Part shown: positions 42,690 through 51,028 of the stretch, piece after piece
Numbering within the stretch: the first letter of the stretch is position 1
How the letters are laid out: every line of letters begins with the position of its first letter
Source: an uncultured cyanobacterium
GTDB taxonomy: Bacteria; Cyanobacteriota; Cyanobacteriia; Cyanobacteriales; Cyanobacteriaceae
Length of the DNA: 64,000 bases
Assembly (NCBI GenBank): GCA_963710605.1
Contig: CAVQBA010000004.1
Location: 1,056,001 to 1,120,000, forward strand
Direction: 5' to 3'
Translations under genes and position numbers: made by a program
The notes under the pieces: generated by a model
What the model was told of the DNA's origin: nothing
The model's input: the letters and a program-made list of their open reading frames with translations, nothing else
The model's database searches: none

Positions 42690-42887
42690 TTACAAACAGT
42701 CATAGCTGACCGAACATGACCAATAATCGGCAAGATTACCTGTTAATTTATGGGATTTTAAAGAAGGAGTAAAAGGGTAATTTTCTAATAAGTCTAATAC
42801 TGCTAGTATCCTATTCTTCAACTGAGAATTCTTTTTTATTACACGTTTAAAAGCCTTTTTGAACTTCTTTTCAACTATTAACTTCAT
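42690..42887 (-). pseudogene. Truncated YafQ/RelE-superfamily toxin
   Basis: FKKAFKR..., L..HKL.G.L...WSCSV.YDC, then a stop; the usual RI.F...IG.H..VY C-terminus is missing. Confidence 0.7.
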
Positions 42888-43108
42888 TCTTCTTCATCTG
42901 CTAATAAATAAGCTTTTACTTCTTCAGCAGTTTTTGGTTTTATCTTACCTTCTTGAAATTATTTAATAGTAGCTTGAGCGTTATTTGCTATTTCTAAACG
43001 TCGTTTTTCAATTCGTCTTTTTTTGATCAAATCAAATAAATAATCTTGATCTTCTAGAGGTAAATTCTCAATAGATTCTATAATTTCCTGAAAAGAGACG
43101 ATCGTCAT
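42884..43108 (-). pseudogene. Cognate antitoxin with internal TAA (codon 50, 42959-42961)
   Basis: Manual translation MTIVSFQEIIESIENLPLEDQDYLFDLIKKRRIEKRRLEIANNAQATIK*FQEGKIKPKTAEEVKAYLLADEEE*; the final TGA overlaps the toxin ATG (ATGA). Confidence 0.75.
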
Positions 43109-43223
43109 TTTATTGTATCTCCATTTTTAAATAATTTTAATAATTTATTTATTGTTTAGACAAGTTTCACCCAAATCGTTCTTTTAATTATAAATTTGAT
43201 TCTTTTATTTTTACTTAACTAAC

Positions 43224-43406
43224 TTATAATTCGGTTACTTTTTTAATTCCAAAGATAAAATTATCAGAAAACTCTTGATACAAATTCTTCAGATGTTCTT
43301 TTAAATCTTCTAAATCTTCTCCTTGAGTCCAATGTTCGGGATATTTATTCAAATAGCCTAAATATTTCCCATCTTCTTCTTGCCAAAAAGTATATTGTAT
43401 TTTCAT
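43224..43406 (-). CDS. HicB-like antitoxin, orphan (no hicA seen)
   Basis: Y..W.EEDG.YLGYL..YP..WTQGE.LEDL..HL pattern. Confidence 0.65.
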   Translation of the reverse strand: MKIQYTFWQEEDGKYLGYLNKYPEHWTQGEDLEDLKEHLKNLYQEFSDNFIFGIKKVTEL

Positions 43407-43463
43407 TATTAACCTAACATTTTCTAATTTAAATAAAATAGACATTACTACTTACCATAAATT

Positions 43464-43509
43464 TATTTTAACGTTTGGTTAGTTTAGTTAAAACTTGAAA
43501 ACGATCGTA
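43464..43509. repeat. Copy 1 of the htpG 3'-end repeat plus CGATCG
   Basis: 45/46 identical to 44123-44168; core 43468-43498 is 29/31 identical to htpG 44801-44831. Confidence 0.95.
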
Positions 43510-43556
43510 AGTTATAATCAAAGCATTGAATCAAATCAAGCTACATAGTTCTAAAA

Positions 43557-43760
43557 ATGGACACCGTAACATTAAAAGCCCTGATCAAAGAAAGTGTTAG
43601 AGAAGTTTTAAGAGAAGAAAAATTACTTTTAATACAATCTCTGATTCCTCCTGTTAAGCAAGAAGAGATGGAAGAGATAATTAATAAATTAGGAAGCCCT
43701 AAAGATTTTAATGAGGAAGACTTTGTTGATATGACTGATTGGTTAAACAATGAAGATTAG
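43557..43760 (+). CDS. Putative type II antitoxin
   Basis: 67-aa acidic protein (LKALIKESVREVLREE) overlapping the downstream RelE gene. Confidence 0.75.
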   Translation: MDTVTLKALIKESVREVLREEKLLLIQSLIPPVKQEEMEEIINKLGSPKDFNEEDFVDMTDWLNNED

Positions 43761-44034
43761 ATTTAGTAAACGTGCAGTTAAATTTTTAAACAAATTATCA
43801 ACAAAAGAACAAGCAAAAATTAAACAGAAACTAAGAGATTTAATTTCTGAAATTAACAACAATAACAATATACCTTTTCAAAAATTAAATATCAAAACTC
43901 TTAGTGGAGAATGGAAAGACTATTTGAGAATGAGAATCGGAAAAATGAGAATTATCTTTAAAGTCTATTCTGTTGAGAATGAAATATTTATATATGACAT
44001 AGACTATCGAGGAAATATTTATCAAAAGAATTAA
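43750..44034 (+). CDS. RelE/ParE family toxin
   Basis: I.FSKRAVKFL.KL, IK.L.G, RMRIGK.RIIF and ID.RG.IY motifs. Confidence 0.88.
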   Translation: MKIRFSKRAVKFLNKLSTKEQAKIKQKLRDLISEINNNNNIPFQKLNIKTLSGEWKDYLRMRIGKMRIIFKVYSVENEIFIYDIDYRGNIYQKN

Positions 44035-44122
44035 ATTTGTATATAGTAAAAGGGCAAGAAAATTCTTACCCTTACTATTATTTTTGAAGTCTATTAAACT
44101 GAAACACAACCTACTCTGAAAG

Positions 44123-44168
44123 TATTTTAACGTTTGGTTAGTTTAGTTAATACTTGAAAACGATCGTA
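44123..44168. repeat. Copy 2 of the htpG 3'-end repeat plus CGATCG
   Basis: Core 44127-44157 is 30/31 identical to htpG 44801-44831. Confidence 0.95.
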
Positions 44169-44232
44169 CCTATGATAGTAAGAAGAAAATAATTACGATT
44201 AGAATATACTTAATATCTCAACGAATACTATT

Positions 44233-44436
44233 ATGAATATATCAGTGGAAAACGATCGTCTCAAACAAACCATAAAACAGGCAATGCTAGAGCTATTTCA
44301 AGAAAACAAAGAAGAATTTTCTACATTACTAGCAGAAATTATAGAAGATATTGCCTTATCAAAAGCGATCGTACAGGGAGAAGAAACAGAATTAGTAGAT
44401 AAAGAAACTGTTTTTTCTATCTTGGATAAAGAATAA
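44233..44436 (+). CDS. Putative type II antitoxin
   Basis: 67-aa acidic protein (EIIEDIAL.KAI..G); stop overlaps the toxin start (TAATG). Confidence 0.78.
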   Translation: MNISVENDRLKQTIKQAMLELFQENKEEFSTLLAEIIEDIALSKAIVQGEETELVDKETVFSILDKE

Positions 44437-44702
44437 TGAAAGTAGAATTTAGAAAAAGTTTTGTCAAAGACTTAAAAAAGATCAAAAACTTCAAATTACA
44501 ACGAAAGATAAAATCAATCATTGAAGAAGTGGAAAATGCAGATAATCTTAAACAAATTAGCAATCTTAAATTTCTCAAAGGAGAAAATAATCATTATCGT
44601 ATTAGAATTGGAGACTACAGAATCGGCATAATTATAGAAAATGATGTTGTTAGATTTGTAAGGTTTTTACATCGCCAAAAAATTTATAAATTTTTTCCCT
44701 AA
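44436..44702 (+). CDS. RelE/ParE family toxin
   Basis: V.F.KSF.KDLKK, YRIRIGDYRIG and RFLHR..IY..FP motifs. Confidence 0.9.
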   Translation: MKVEFRKSFVKDLKKIKNFKLQRKIKSIIEEVENADNLKQISNLKFLKGENNHYRIRIGDYRIGIIIENDVVRFVRFLHRQKIYKFFP

Positions 44703-44770
44703 CTGTCTTTAAATATGATAAAGACGTAGCACATTGACTACGCCTTTAAAAAAATAGTTAAATTACGATC

Positions 44771-44797
44771 ACGCAGTGCCAGCCTTCGGCTGATCGT
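44771..44797. repeat. SDR5-like small hairpin inserted in a HIP1-like site
   Basis: ACG|CAGTGCCAGCCTTCGGCTG|ATCGT; removing the 19-nt insert restores ACGATCGT. Confidence 0.55.
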
Positions 44798-44800
44798 TAA

Positions 44801-46771
44801 TTAACGCTTGGTTAGTTTAGTTAATACTTGATTAGAGCGTTCGACAAAAGCATTCATCCCTTCAGCATCAAAAGCACGTTGTGCCATCAAAGCTAAATCA
44901 TAAACATATTGACACATCATGCCTACTGTTTCTTGAGTAGAAGATTCGCCACCATCTTGAATAATCGCACCCTTATTAAGATTGTAAATATTTTCAATCA
45001 AAGGATGAGCTGTATTAATCATCAAAATATGTTCTTCAGGAAACTGCATCTGTGTTTGTTGCATCATCGCTGTCATCTCTTGGAAACGACGCATCGCCTC
45101 AGGTAACAATACCATCGCCGGAGGTGTTTGTTCTTGCTTATCAGCTTTAAGTGACTGAGTTTTGATATTTACTTTAGGTTTACCGATCGCTTTTTCAAAG
45201 ATGTCTTTAATCTCTTCTGCACGGGTTTTATTCGTGGTAGGATCGACTATTTCACTACTTTTATCTTCTTGAACTAAGTTATCATCTAACTCAGAATCGA
45301 CTCTAGAGAATTTAACATCGGTGTATTCTCTTTCAAGGAAAGGAATGAAGTAGTTAGTATCAATGAATGAATCCATATACAATACTTCGATACCTTGATT
45401 TTTGTATAAATCAACATAAGTACTTTGAGTTTGAGCATTATTACAATAGAAAACTCTGTTTTCGTGGTTTTCTTTGTTACGCTCTAAATACTCATTTAAG
45501 GTAGTATAAGGCTCGGTAATGCTATCTTCGTTATTCACATCTTTCCAAGCGTCATCATCATCAGTTTGTACTTCAACTTTAGGTTTTTCTTCTGTCGCTG
45601 TTTCTGGTTGATAAGTACTACGGAAGATGATTAAGTCTTCTACTTGTTTTTTGAATTTGTCGTCTCTTAAAGAGCCATATTTGACAAATGTACCGACATC
45701 TTCCCAAGAATCGATATATTTCTTCTTATCTTCTTTATACAAAGATTTTAGACGATCGCCTATTTTTTTACTAATGAAATCAGAAATACGACGTACGGTA
45801 CGATGATTTGTTAAAGCACTACGAGAAACATTTAAAGGAATATCAGGGCTATCAATCACACCACGAAGAGGCATCAAAAACTCAGGAATAATCTCTTCAC
45901 AATGATCACTTACAAACACCTGATTACAGAAAAGTTTGATTTGCCCTTTATTAACATCAACATCAGGTTTTAGTTTAGGGAAATATAAAATTCCGTTAAG
46001 TAAAAAAGGATAATCTGTGTTTAAATGTACCCATAGTAAAGGATCTTCTTGAAATGGATAAAGATAACGATAAAACTCTAAATAATCTTCATCAGTCAAA
46101 TCACGAGGAGATTGTTTCCAAGGTGCTTTCTGACGATTAACTTGCTCTTCACCCATCTTGATAGCGACAGGAATAAAATCAGAATATTTTTTGACTAAGC
46201 CTTTAATTCTAGCTTCCTCGGCATATTCTGTTTCCTCATCCATTAAAGTAAGAGTAACAGTTGTGCCAGGAGTAGTACGAGTAGATTCGCTTAATTCAAA
46301 TTCAGGTGAGCCATCACAAGACCAATGAACAGCAGTTGCACCTTCACGATAAGATAAGGTATCAATCTCTACTTGAGTCGCTACCATAAAGGCAGAATAG
46401 AAACCTAAACCGAAGTGTCCGATTAAATCATTAGGTGATTTGCTATATTGAGTGATGAAGTCTTCGGCACTAGAAAAAGCAACTTGGTTGATATATTTTT
46501 TGATTTCGTCGGTTGTCATACCGATACCATTATCAGTAATGGCGAGAGTTTTTTTCTCTTTATCTACAGCGACGGTAATTTCAGGCTCAGGTAAATCTCC
46601 TGTTATTTCTCCGGCTAATGATGCCATCTTCGCTTTGGATATAGCATCGACGGAGTTAGAGATTAATTCTCTTAAAAAGATTTCGTGGTCGGTGTAGAGG
46701 GATTTTTTGATGATGGGAAATATATTTTCAGTATGAATACTAATATTTCCTTTCTCTAAAACGTTGCTCAT
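44801..46771 (-). CDS. htpG: Molecular chaperone HtpG (Hsp90)
   Basis: IFLRELISN, DNGIGM, IGHFGLGFYSAF and DIPLNVSR motifs. Confidence 0.98.
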   Translation of the reverse strand: MSNVLEKGNISIHTENIFPIIKKSLYTDHEIFLRELISNSVDAISKAKMASLAGEITGDLPEPEITVAVDKEKKTLAITDNGIGMTTDEIKKYINQVAFSSAEDFITQYSKSPNDLIGHFGLGFYSAFMVATQVEIDTLSYREGATAVHWSCDGSPEFELSESTRTTPGTTVTLTLMDEETEYAEEARIKGLVKKYSDFIPVAIKMGEEQVNRQKAPWKQSPRDLTDEDYLEFYRYLYPFQEDPLLWVHLNTDYPFLLNGILYFPKLKPDVDVNKGQIKLFCNQVFVSDHCEEIIPEFLMPLRGVIDSPDIPLNVSRSALTNHRTVRRISDFISKKIGDRLKSLYKEDKKKYIDSWEDVGTFVKYGSLRDDKFKKQVEDLIIFRSTYQPETATEEKPKVEVQTDDDDAWKDVNNEDSITEPYTTLNEYLERNKENHENRVFYCNNAQTQSTYVDLYKNQGIEVLYMDSFIDTNYFIPFLEREYTDVKFSRVDSELDDNLVQEDKSSEIVDPTTNKTRAEEIKDIFEKAIGKPKVNIKTQSLKADKQEQTPPAMVLLPEAMRRFQEMTAMMQQTQMQFPEEHILMINTAHPLIENIYNLNKGAIIQDGGESSTQETVGMMCQYVYDLALMAQRAFDAEGMNAFVERSNQVLTKLTKR

Positions 46772-46969
46772 AATTTGTATTTTAAGTTATTTATTCTCTT
46801 ATTGACTGTAGGTTAATATTGGAGATTTTACGCTTTTACCATCAATGTCAAATGGGTGCTATCCACATCTAAAATTAATAGTAGTGTTTTTATTCTAATT
46901 TGGCGTAATTTCTCTGAGTTTTTGATTGTTTAACTTTAATGATGTCACATCTAATCTGATGGTATCAAG

Positions 46970-46985
46970 ATGTGGTTTACCGAAT
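46970..46985 (-). promoter_or_regulatory. K-box-like element upstream of htpG
   Basis: Minus-strand ATTCGG-TAAA-CCACAT versus K-box consensus GTTCGG-NNAN-CCNNAC (2 mismatches). Confidence 0.3.
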
Positions 46986-47068
46986 TATTATAACTAGTGT
47001 GAAATTAGTTTGAAATTAGTCGTATTTGAGTTTTGGGAATCCTTTTTCTAAAACCTAAAACTTAAAAC

Positions 47069-47551
47069 CTAAGTAATCGCATTAGTTAAACCACAATAAG
47101 CACTGTAGGCTATACCGATCGCATCTACACTATCATCGATCGGTAAATCTGGTAAATCAAATATTTGTTGTAAAACCGTAGCTACTTCTTCTTTATCTGC
47201 TCTACCATTACCCAGATGAGCTTTCCAACTAGCTTGATGAAGAAAAATAGGCGTTAGATTCGCTTCACGATAACAGACTAAACTGATCACTCCCAAAGCT
47301 TGTAAAACGCCTCCTGCGGCTTTGATTTTACGGCTAAAAAAGGGCATTTCGATCGCAACTCGATCGGGTTTAAACTCATCGACGATCGTGATTAAATCTG
47401 TCTCTAACTCCACTAGACGCTTACCTGTAGAATCTTTTTTCTCAGTTTGAATAATGCCATAATCAACCAGACTAGGCGTTTGCGTCTCATCTCCTAATAA
47501 AATCGACCAACCAATAATAGCAAGTCCTGGATCTATTCCTAACCAAATCAT
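47069..47551 (-). CDS. ruvC: Holliday junction resolvase RuvC
   Basis: LGIDPG, VAIE, G.G.A.K.EV and DD..DA catalytic motifs. Confidence 0.9.
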   Translation of the reverse strand: MIWLGIDPGLAIIGWSILLGDETQTPSLVDYGIIQTEKKDSTGKRLVELETDLITIVDEFKPDRVAIEMPFFSRKIKAAGGVLQALGVISLVCYREANLTPIFLHQASWKAHLGNGRADKEEVATVLQQIFDLPDLPIDDSVDAIGIAYSAYCGLTNAIT

Positions 47552-47725
47552 ATATAACAATTAATTCTGTGATAGTTGTCACTTTTTTTTCCTTTGAGAT
47601 TTGATCCGTTTTTTACTTGACAAACCCTAGGTATAGTTAGTTATAATATGTTACTGGTGAGCAATTATTTTGTTGTTGAACATAACATACCCAATAATGC
47701 GTCCCAATAGTATATCTTTACTGTT

Positions 47726-47798
47726 GCCATCTTAGCTCAGTTGGTAGAGCACTTGATTTGTAATCATGAGGTCATCGGTTCGAATCCGATAGATGGCT
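47726..47798 (+). tRNA. trnT: tRNA-Thr(UGU)
   Basis: Acceptor stem GCCATCT/AGATGGC, D-arm GCTC/GAGC, anticodon loop TT-TGT-AA, T-loop TTCGAAT; CCA not encoded. TTGACA (47617) and TATAAT (47642) lie upstream. Confidence 0.93.
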
Positions 47799-48272
47799 TA
47801 TATTTATCGAAAAATCACGAATTTAAAACCCCGAATATCCCCCCTTTCAAAGGGGAAGGGCTGTCACCTGAATTCATTTGCTGGTGAATGGAATACGCCC
47901 CGTCTTTGCACGAGTGCCCCTTGCCCTTTTGATATAATTCCTAATTGACACTGGTTGATAGTTGTTATTGAACTATTATTCACAAATAATACTTTTAGAA
48001 TATTAGTATTGTTCACTTATGAACTTACTTGACTTTCAGGCAATATTACAAAAAAGTTTTCTAGTTTTGAAAAAATTGACCAGAATAAAAATTATTAAAG
48101 TTTTACTATAGTAGAAAATCAATAGGTTAGGATATTTCAAACCGTTTGAATTAAAAAAGGCAGTTGCACTACAATTTTTAGACTAACCCTCTATTTGCTA
48201 TACAACAAAGGATAAAATTTGTTGAGTATGTCAATATAATATCAAGAAAACCTTCTCCAAAGTTTGAATCAA

Positions 48273-48812
48273 ATGTCACAAAAGCCTCAACCAGACAATG
48301 AAAAACAATTAGAAAATTTCTTTGCCGTATTAGCTGGTAATAATAGCGATTCTTCACCACAAGAGCAAAAAAAAGCAAATGAGATATCTAATTCTAATGA
48401 GTCCTCATCTAATAACTCACAGAGTCAATCTAAAAAAGAAATACAGACGAATAAAAAAGAAAAAAATAAAGATGTAGAGTTTGAAGTTTTACAACAATTG
48501 TTCGGTAAGTCAGATGTTGATAAATTAAAAGATAGGGTATCTGATTTAGAAATAGAATCAGCAGAGTTAACTAAAGAAAAAGACGAATTAAAAAAGAAAT
48601 ATCAACAATTAAAAAAAGATGTGGAGCAACAAAATCAACTTCTTCAAGAACAAAATAAAGTTTTTGAGCAAGTACTTAAAAACAATTTAACTCAACTTAA
48701 GCAAGATTTGCTGATTGATTTTAATTTAATTCTCGACAAATTTGTCACAGAAAATATCGAAAACGATCAAAAATTCTCGATTAAAGTTGTTGGGCTACGT
48801 AACAAGAATTGA
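48273..48812 (+). CDS. Coiled-coil hypothetical protein
   Basis: Ser/Asn linker followed by heptad-rich region; ATG at 48273 preferred over TTG at 48264. Confidence 0.7.
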   Translation: MSQKPQPDNEKQLENFFAVLAGNNSDSSPQEQKKANEISNSNESSSNNSQSQSKKEIQTNKKEKNKDVEFEVLQQLFGKSDVDKLKDRVSDLEIESAELTKEKDELKKKYQQLKKDVEQQNQLLQEQNKVFEQVLKNNLTQLKQDLLIDFNLILDKFVTENIENDQKFSIKVVGLRNKN

Positions 48813-48859
48813 GATAGAAAAGAATTATGGTGGCTAAGCAATTATTCGGACAGAATTGA

Positions 48860-50878
48860 CTACTTTAACTCAAAAACTACTGCTTGATTCAACCACTGTT
48901 CTTGATTTGGTTTTACATCAGGTGGCACACCTTTACCATCTTCTATTCTAATACGACGACGATCGATTCCTAAGTCTTCTAAACTAGTTTGTACACTTTG
49001 AGCTCTTTTTAAGGATATATTACGAGATTCATTTCTAGAGCGATAACCGAAAATAGTTAATTGTGTATTAGGGAATAATTCCATCTCATCTTTTATCGGA
49101 ATTAGTTTTCCTTCTACATCTCTAGCTGAAACATTAGCTGTATTACGTGAAAAATAAAGTCTTAAAGGTATTTGTACAGGTTTGAAATCGATTTGATTAT
49201 TAATTTGTTTGATACCGTTGATTCTAGCAAAAGAAGCAGTAATATCTTCTAATTCAGTTAGTTGTAATGCTTTTCCTGTTAAGGTTAAAACACCTTTATT
49301 AAAATAAGTTTTAATATCGATACCGTCTATTTGATTAAAAATTTTTAAAACTTCCTCTATTTCTTTTTCTATATCACCTTGATTGAGTGGTAAATCTACA
49401 ACTGATACTTGATTATCAATCGGTAAATCACTAGGATATTTTTGAACAACGGAAGTTAATTTTTGTTTTAAATATTCATTTGGTAATCTACCTAATAAAT
49501 TTATTTTTCCTTCAGTAATATCAACATCTAAGTTATAAACTTTTAAGTCTTCATCTTCTGAAACATTAGCGATTATTTCTTGCTCTACTCTGTAATTTCT
49601 GTATTGCCAATATTGATAAATACCTAATGGTAAACCAATTAATAATAAACCAATTAAAGAGCCACCAACTAACCGACGATTTCTGCGTTTTATTTCTTTA
49701 TTAACTTCAAATTCTAATATTGGTTGTAGCTTATTAGTTAAAGATTCAGGAATAATTGTTTGATCACCTTGAAACATTTTGATTGAAGTTTCGTATTCTT
49801 TTTCTAACTCATCTAATATCTTAGCTAATAATTGTAAAAAATTAGTCGGTGCTTCTCCTTGAGCCATTACAGCTAAATAAGCATTTTCTCCTGAATAAAT
49901 ATTAATTTTATTTTCGTTATATTCGATCGATAAAAATTGTGATTTACGAGTTAATTTATAACTTAAATTACGAATAGAAGATAACATACTTGTGATAACT
50001 TCACTACTTAAAACTTTATGGCTTATATGCTGTTTTTCAGTAATAATTAAATGAGATTTTTTATGAATTAAAAAAACATTATTAACTCGAAAATAATTTG
50101 ATGTTTGTTCTTCTAATTCTTCTGGTGTTAGACTAGTAATTTTTAAATTTTGATTCCCTGTACTCGAATTATCGATTGCATCAGATACTTGACTATTAAC
50201 TTTACGAATAGTACTTGCAATATAATCACCGATGGTTACACCAATTACAGGATAAAGGGCTTCCATTAAGACTTCTGTTTCTTGCTCTATTTGTTCTGTA
50301 ATCGTCTTTCCTTCACCCGGTTTGAATATATTTGCAATCGCACCTTCTCTTTGAGTAATTTTGTCTCTAATCGTTTCTGTCACCGTAGGTAAGAGTAAAT
50401 TAATCAATTCTTGATGATTATAAACTCTTGATTCTAAATCAACTAAAAGCCCTCGTAAACCTTGTATTTCAGTTTCTAAAAATTTGTTTTGAGCATAAGA
50501 TTTCGGCTCAGGTTTGACTAAAGGAATAAAACCTTTACTTTCATTTTGATATAAAGAAGTAGAAACATTATGAGTAGTTTGAATGATACGACTACTATCA
50601 TCTGTATTTGGAGGAGAAATATCAACAGTTTTTATCTCCTCCTTGTAATATACTTCGCCGTTTTCTCCTGTTTCTGTCGGCGAATTTATCACTATTTCTT
50701 GGTTTTGATTTTGAGATTTATTACTCTTTTTGACAGATAAAGATAATTCGGTTTCTTCACTATTTTCTGTGACTAACATATTGGTTAACAAATCAGCTAA
50801 ACCTTGTATTTCTTTTGCTGATTCAGGATTAAAATCACTCTGGGGATGACTATAGTTATCTTCACTCATATGTTGCAT
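48860..50878 (-). CDS. Membrane protein: coiled coil, roadblock/longin-like domain, TM, BON-like domains, OmpA-like domain
   Basis: ALYPVIG.TI; FRV..VFLIHK.S.L...SMLSSIR...IEY....I....G....LAV...G; TM after RRNRR; C-terminal LYF...ISLKRAQSV...L...GI. Confidence 0.8.
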   Translation of the reverse strand: MQHMSEDNYSHPQSDFNPESAKEIQGLADLLTNMLVTENSEETELSLSVKKSNKSQNQNQEIVINSPTETGENGEVYYKEEIKTVDISPPNTDDSSRIIQTTHNVSTSLYQNESKGFIPLVKPEPKSYAQNKFLETEIQGLRGLLVDLESRVYNHQELINLLLPTVTETIRDKITQREGAIANIFKPGEGKTITEQIEQETEVLMEALYPVIGVTIGDYIASTIRKVNSQVSDAIDNSSTGNQNLKITSLTPEELEEQTSNYFRVNNVFLIHKKSHLIITEKQHISHKVLSSEVITSMLSSIRNLSYKLTRKSQFLSIEYNENKINIYSGENAYLAVMAQGEAPTNFLQLLAKILDELEKEYETSIKMFQGDQTIIPESLTNKLQPILEFEVNKEIKRRNRRLVGGSLIGLLLIGLPLGIYQYWQYRNYRVEQEIIANVSEDEDLKVYNLDVDITEGKINLLGRLPNEYLKQKLTSVVQKYPSDLPIDNQVSVVDLPLNQGDIEKEIEEVLKIFNQIDGIDIKTYFNKGVLTLTGKALQLTELEDITASFARINGIKQINNQIDFKPVQIPLRLYFSRNTANVSARDVEGKLIPIKDEMELFPNTQLTIFGYRSRNESRNISLKRAQSVQTSLEDLGIDRRRIRIEDGKGVPPDVKPNQEQWLNQAVVFELK

Positions 50879-51028
50879 TTCATCCTTACTAATTAAATTT
50901 AAATAGACTAAAAGTATTTAACCAAACACCTAATTAACTAACTAAAAGTATTTTCATTAATTAATAATTAATATTTCAAATAGCTAATAGTTTTTTAACT
51001 TTAAAACCATCTGTCAAAAAATATTTAT

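Noticed and set aside
42690-44800. Classical integron
   Set aside because: No intI in the window and no attC-like palindromes; the delimiters are direct copies of the htpG end.
43464-44831. htpG-end repeats as a CRISPR array
   Set aside because: Intervals are ~660 bp and contain genes, the repeat is coding sequence, and no cas genes are present.
47752-47768. T-T mismatch in the tRNA-Thr anticodon stem as a sign of a pseudo-tRNA
   Set aside because: A single mismatch with all other arms intact; tolerated variation or a base error.
47855-47870. Third MITE end (AGGGCTGT) after the hairpin near the tRNA
   Set aside because: Only 8 bp match, no partner TIR or target duplication, and GGGCT is also the natural end of the hairpin repeat.
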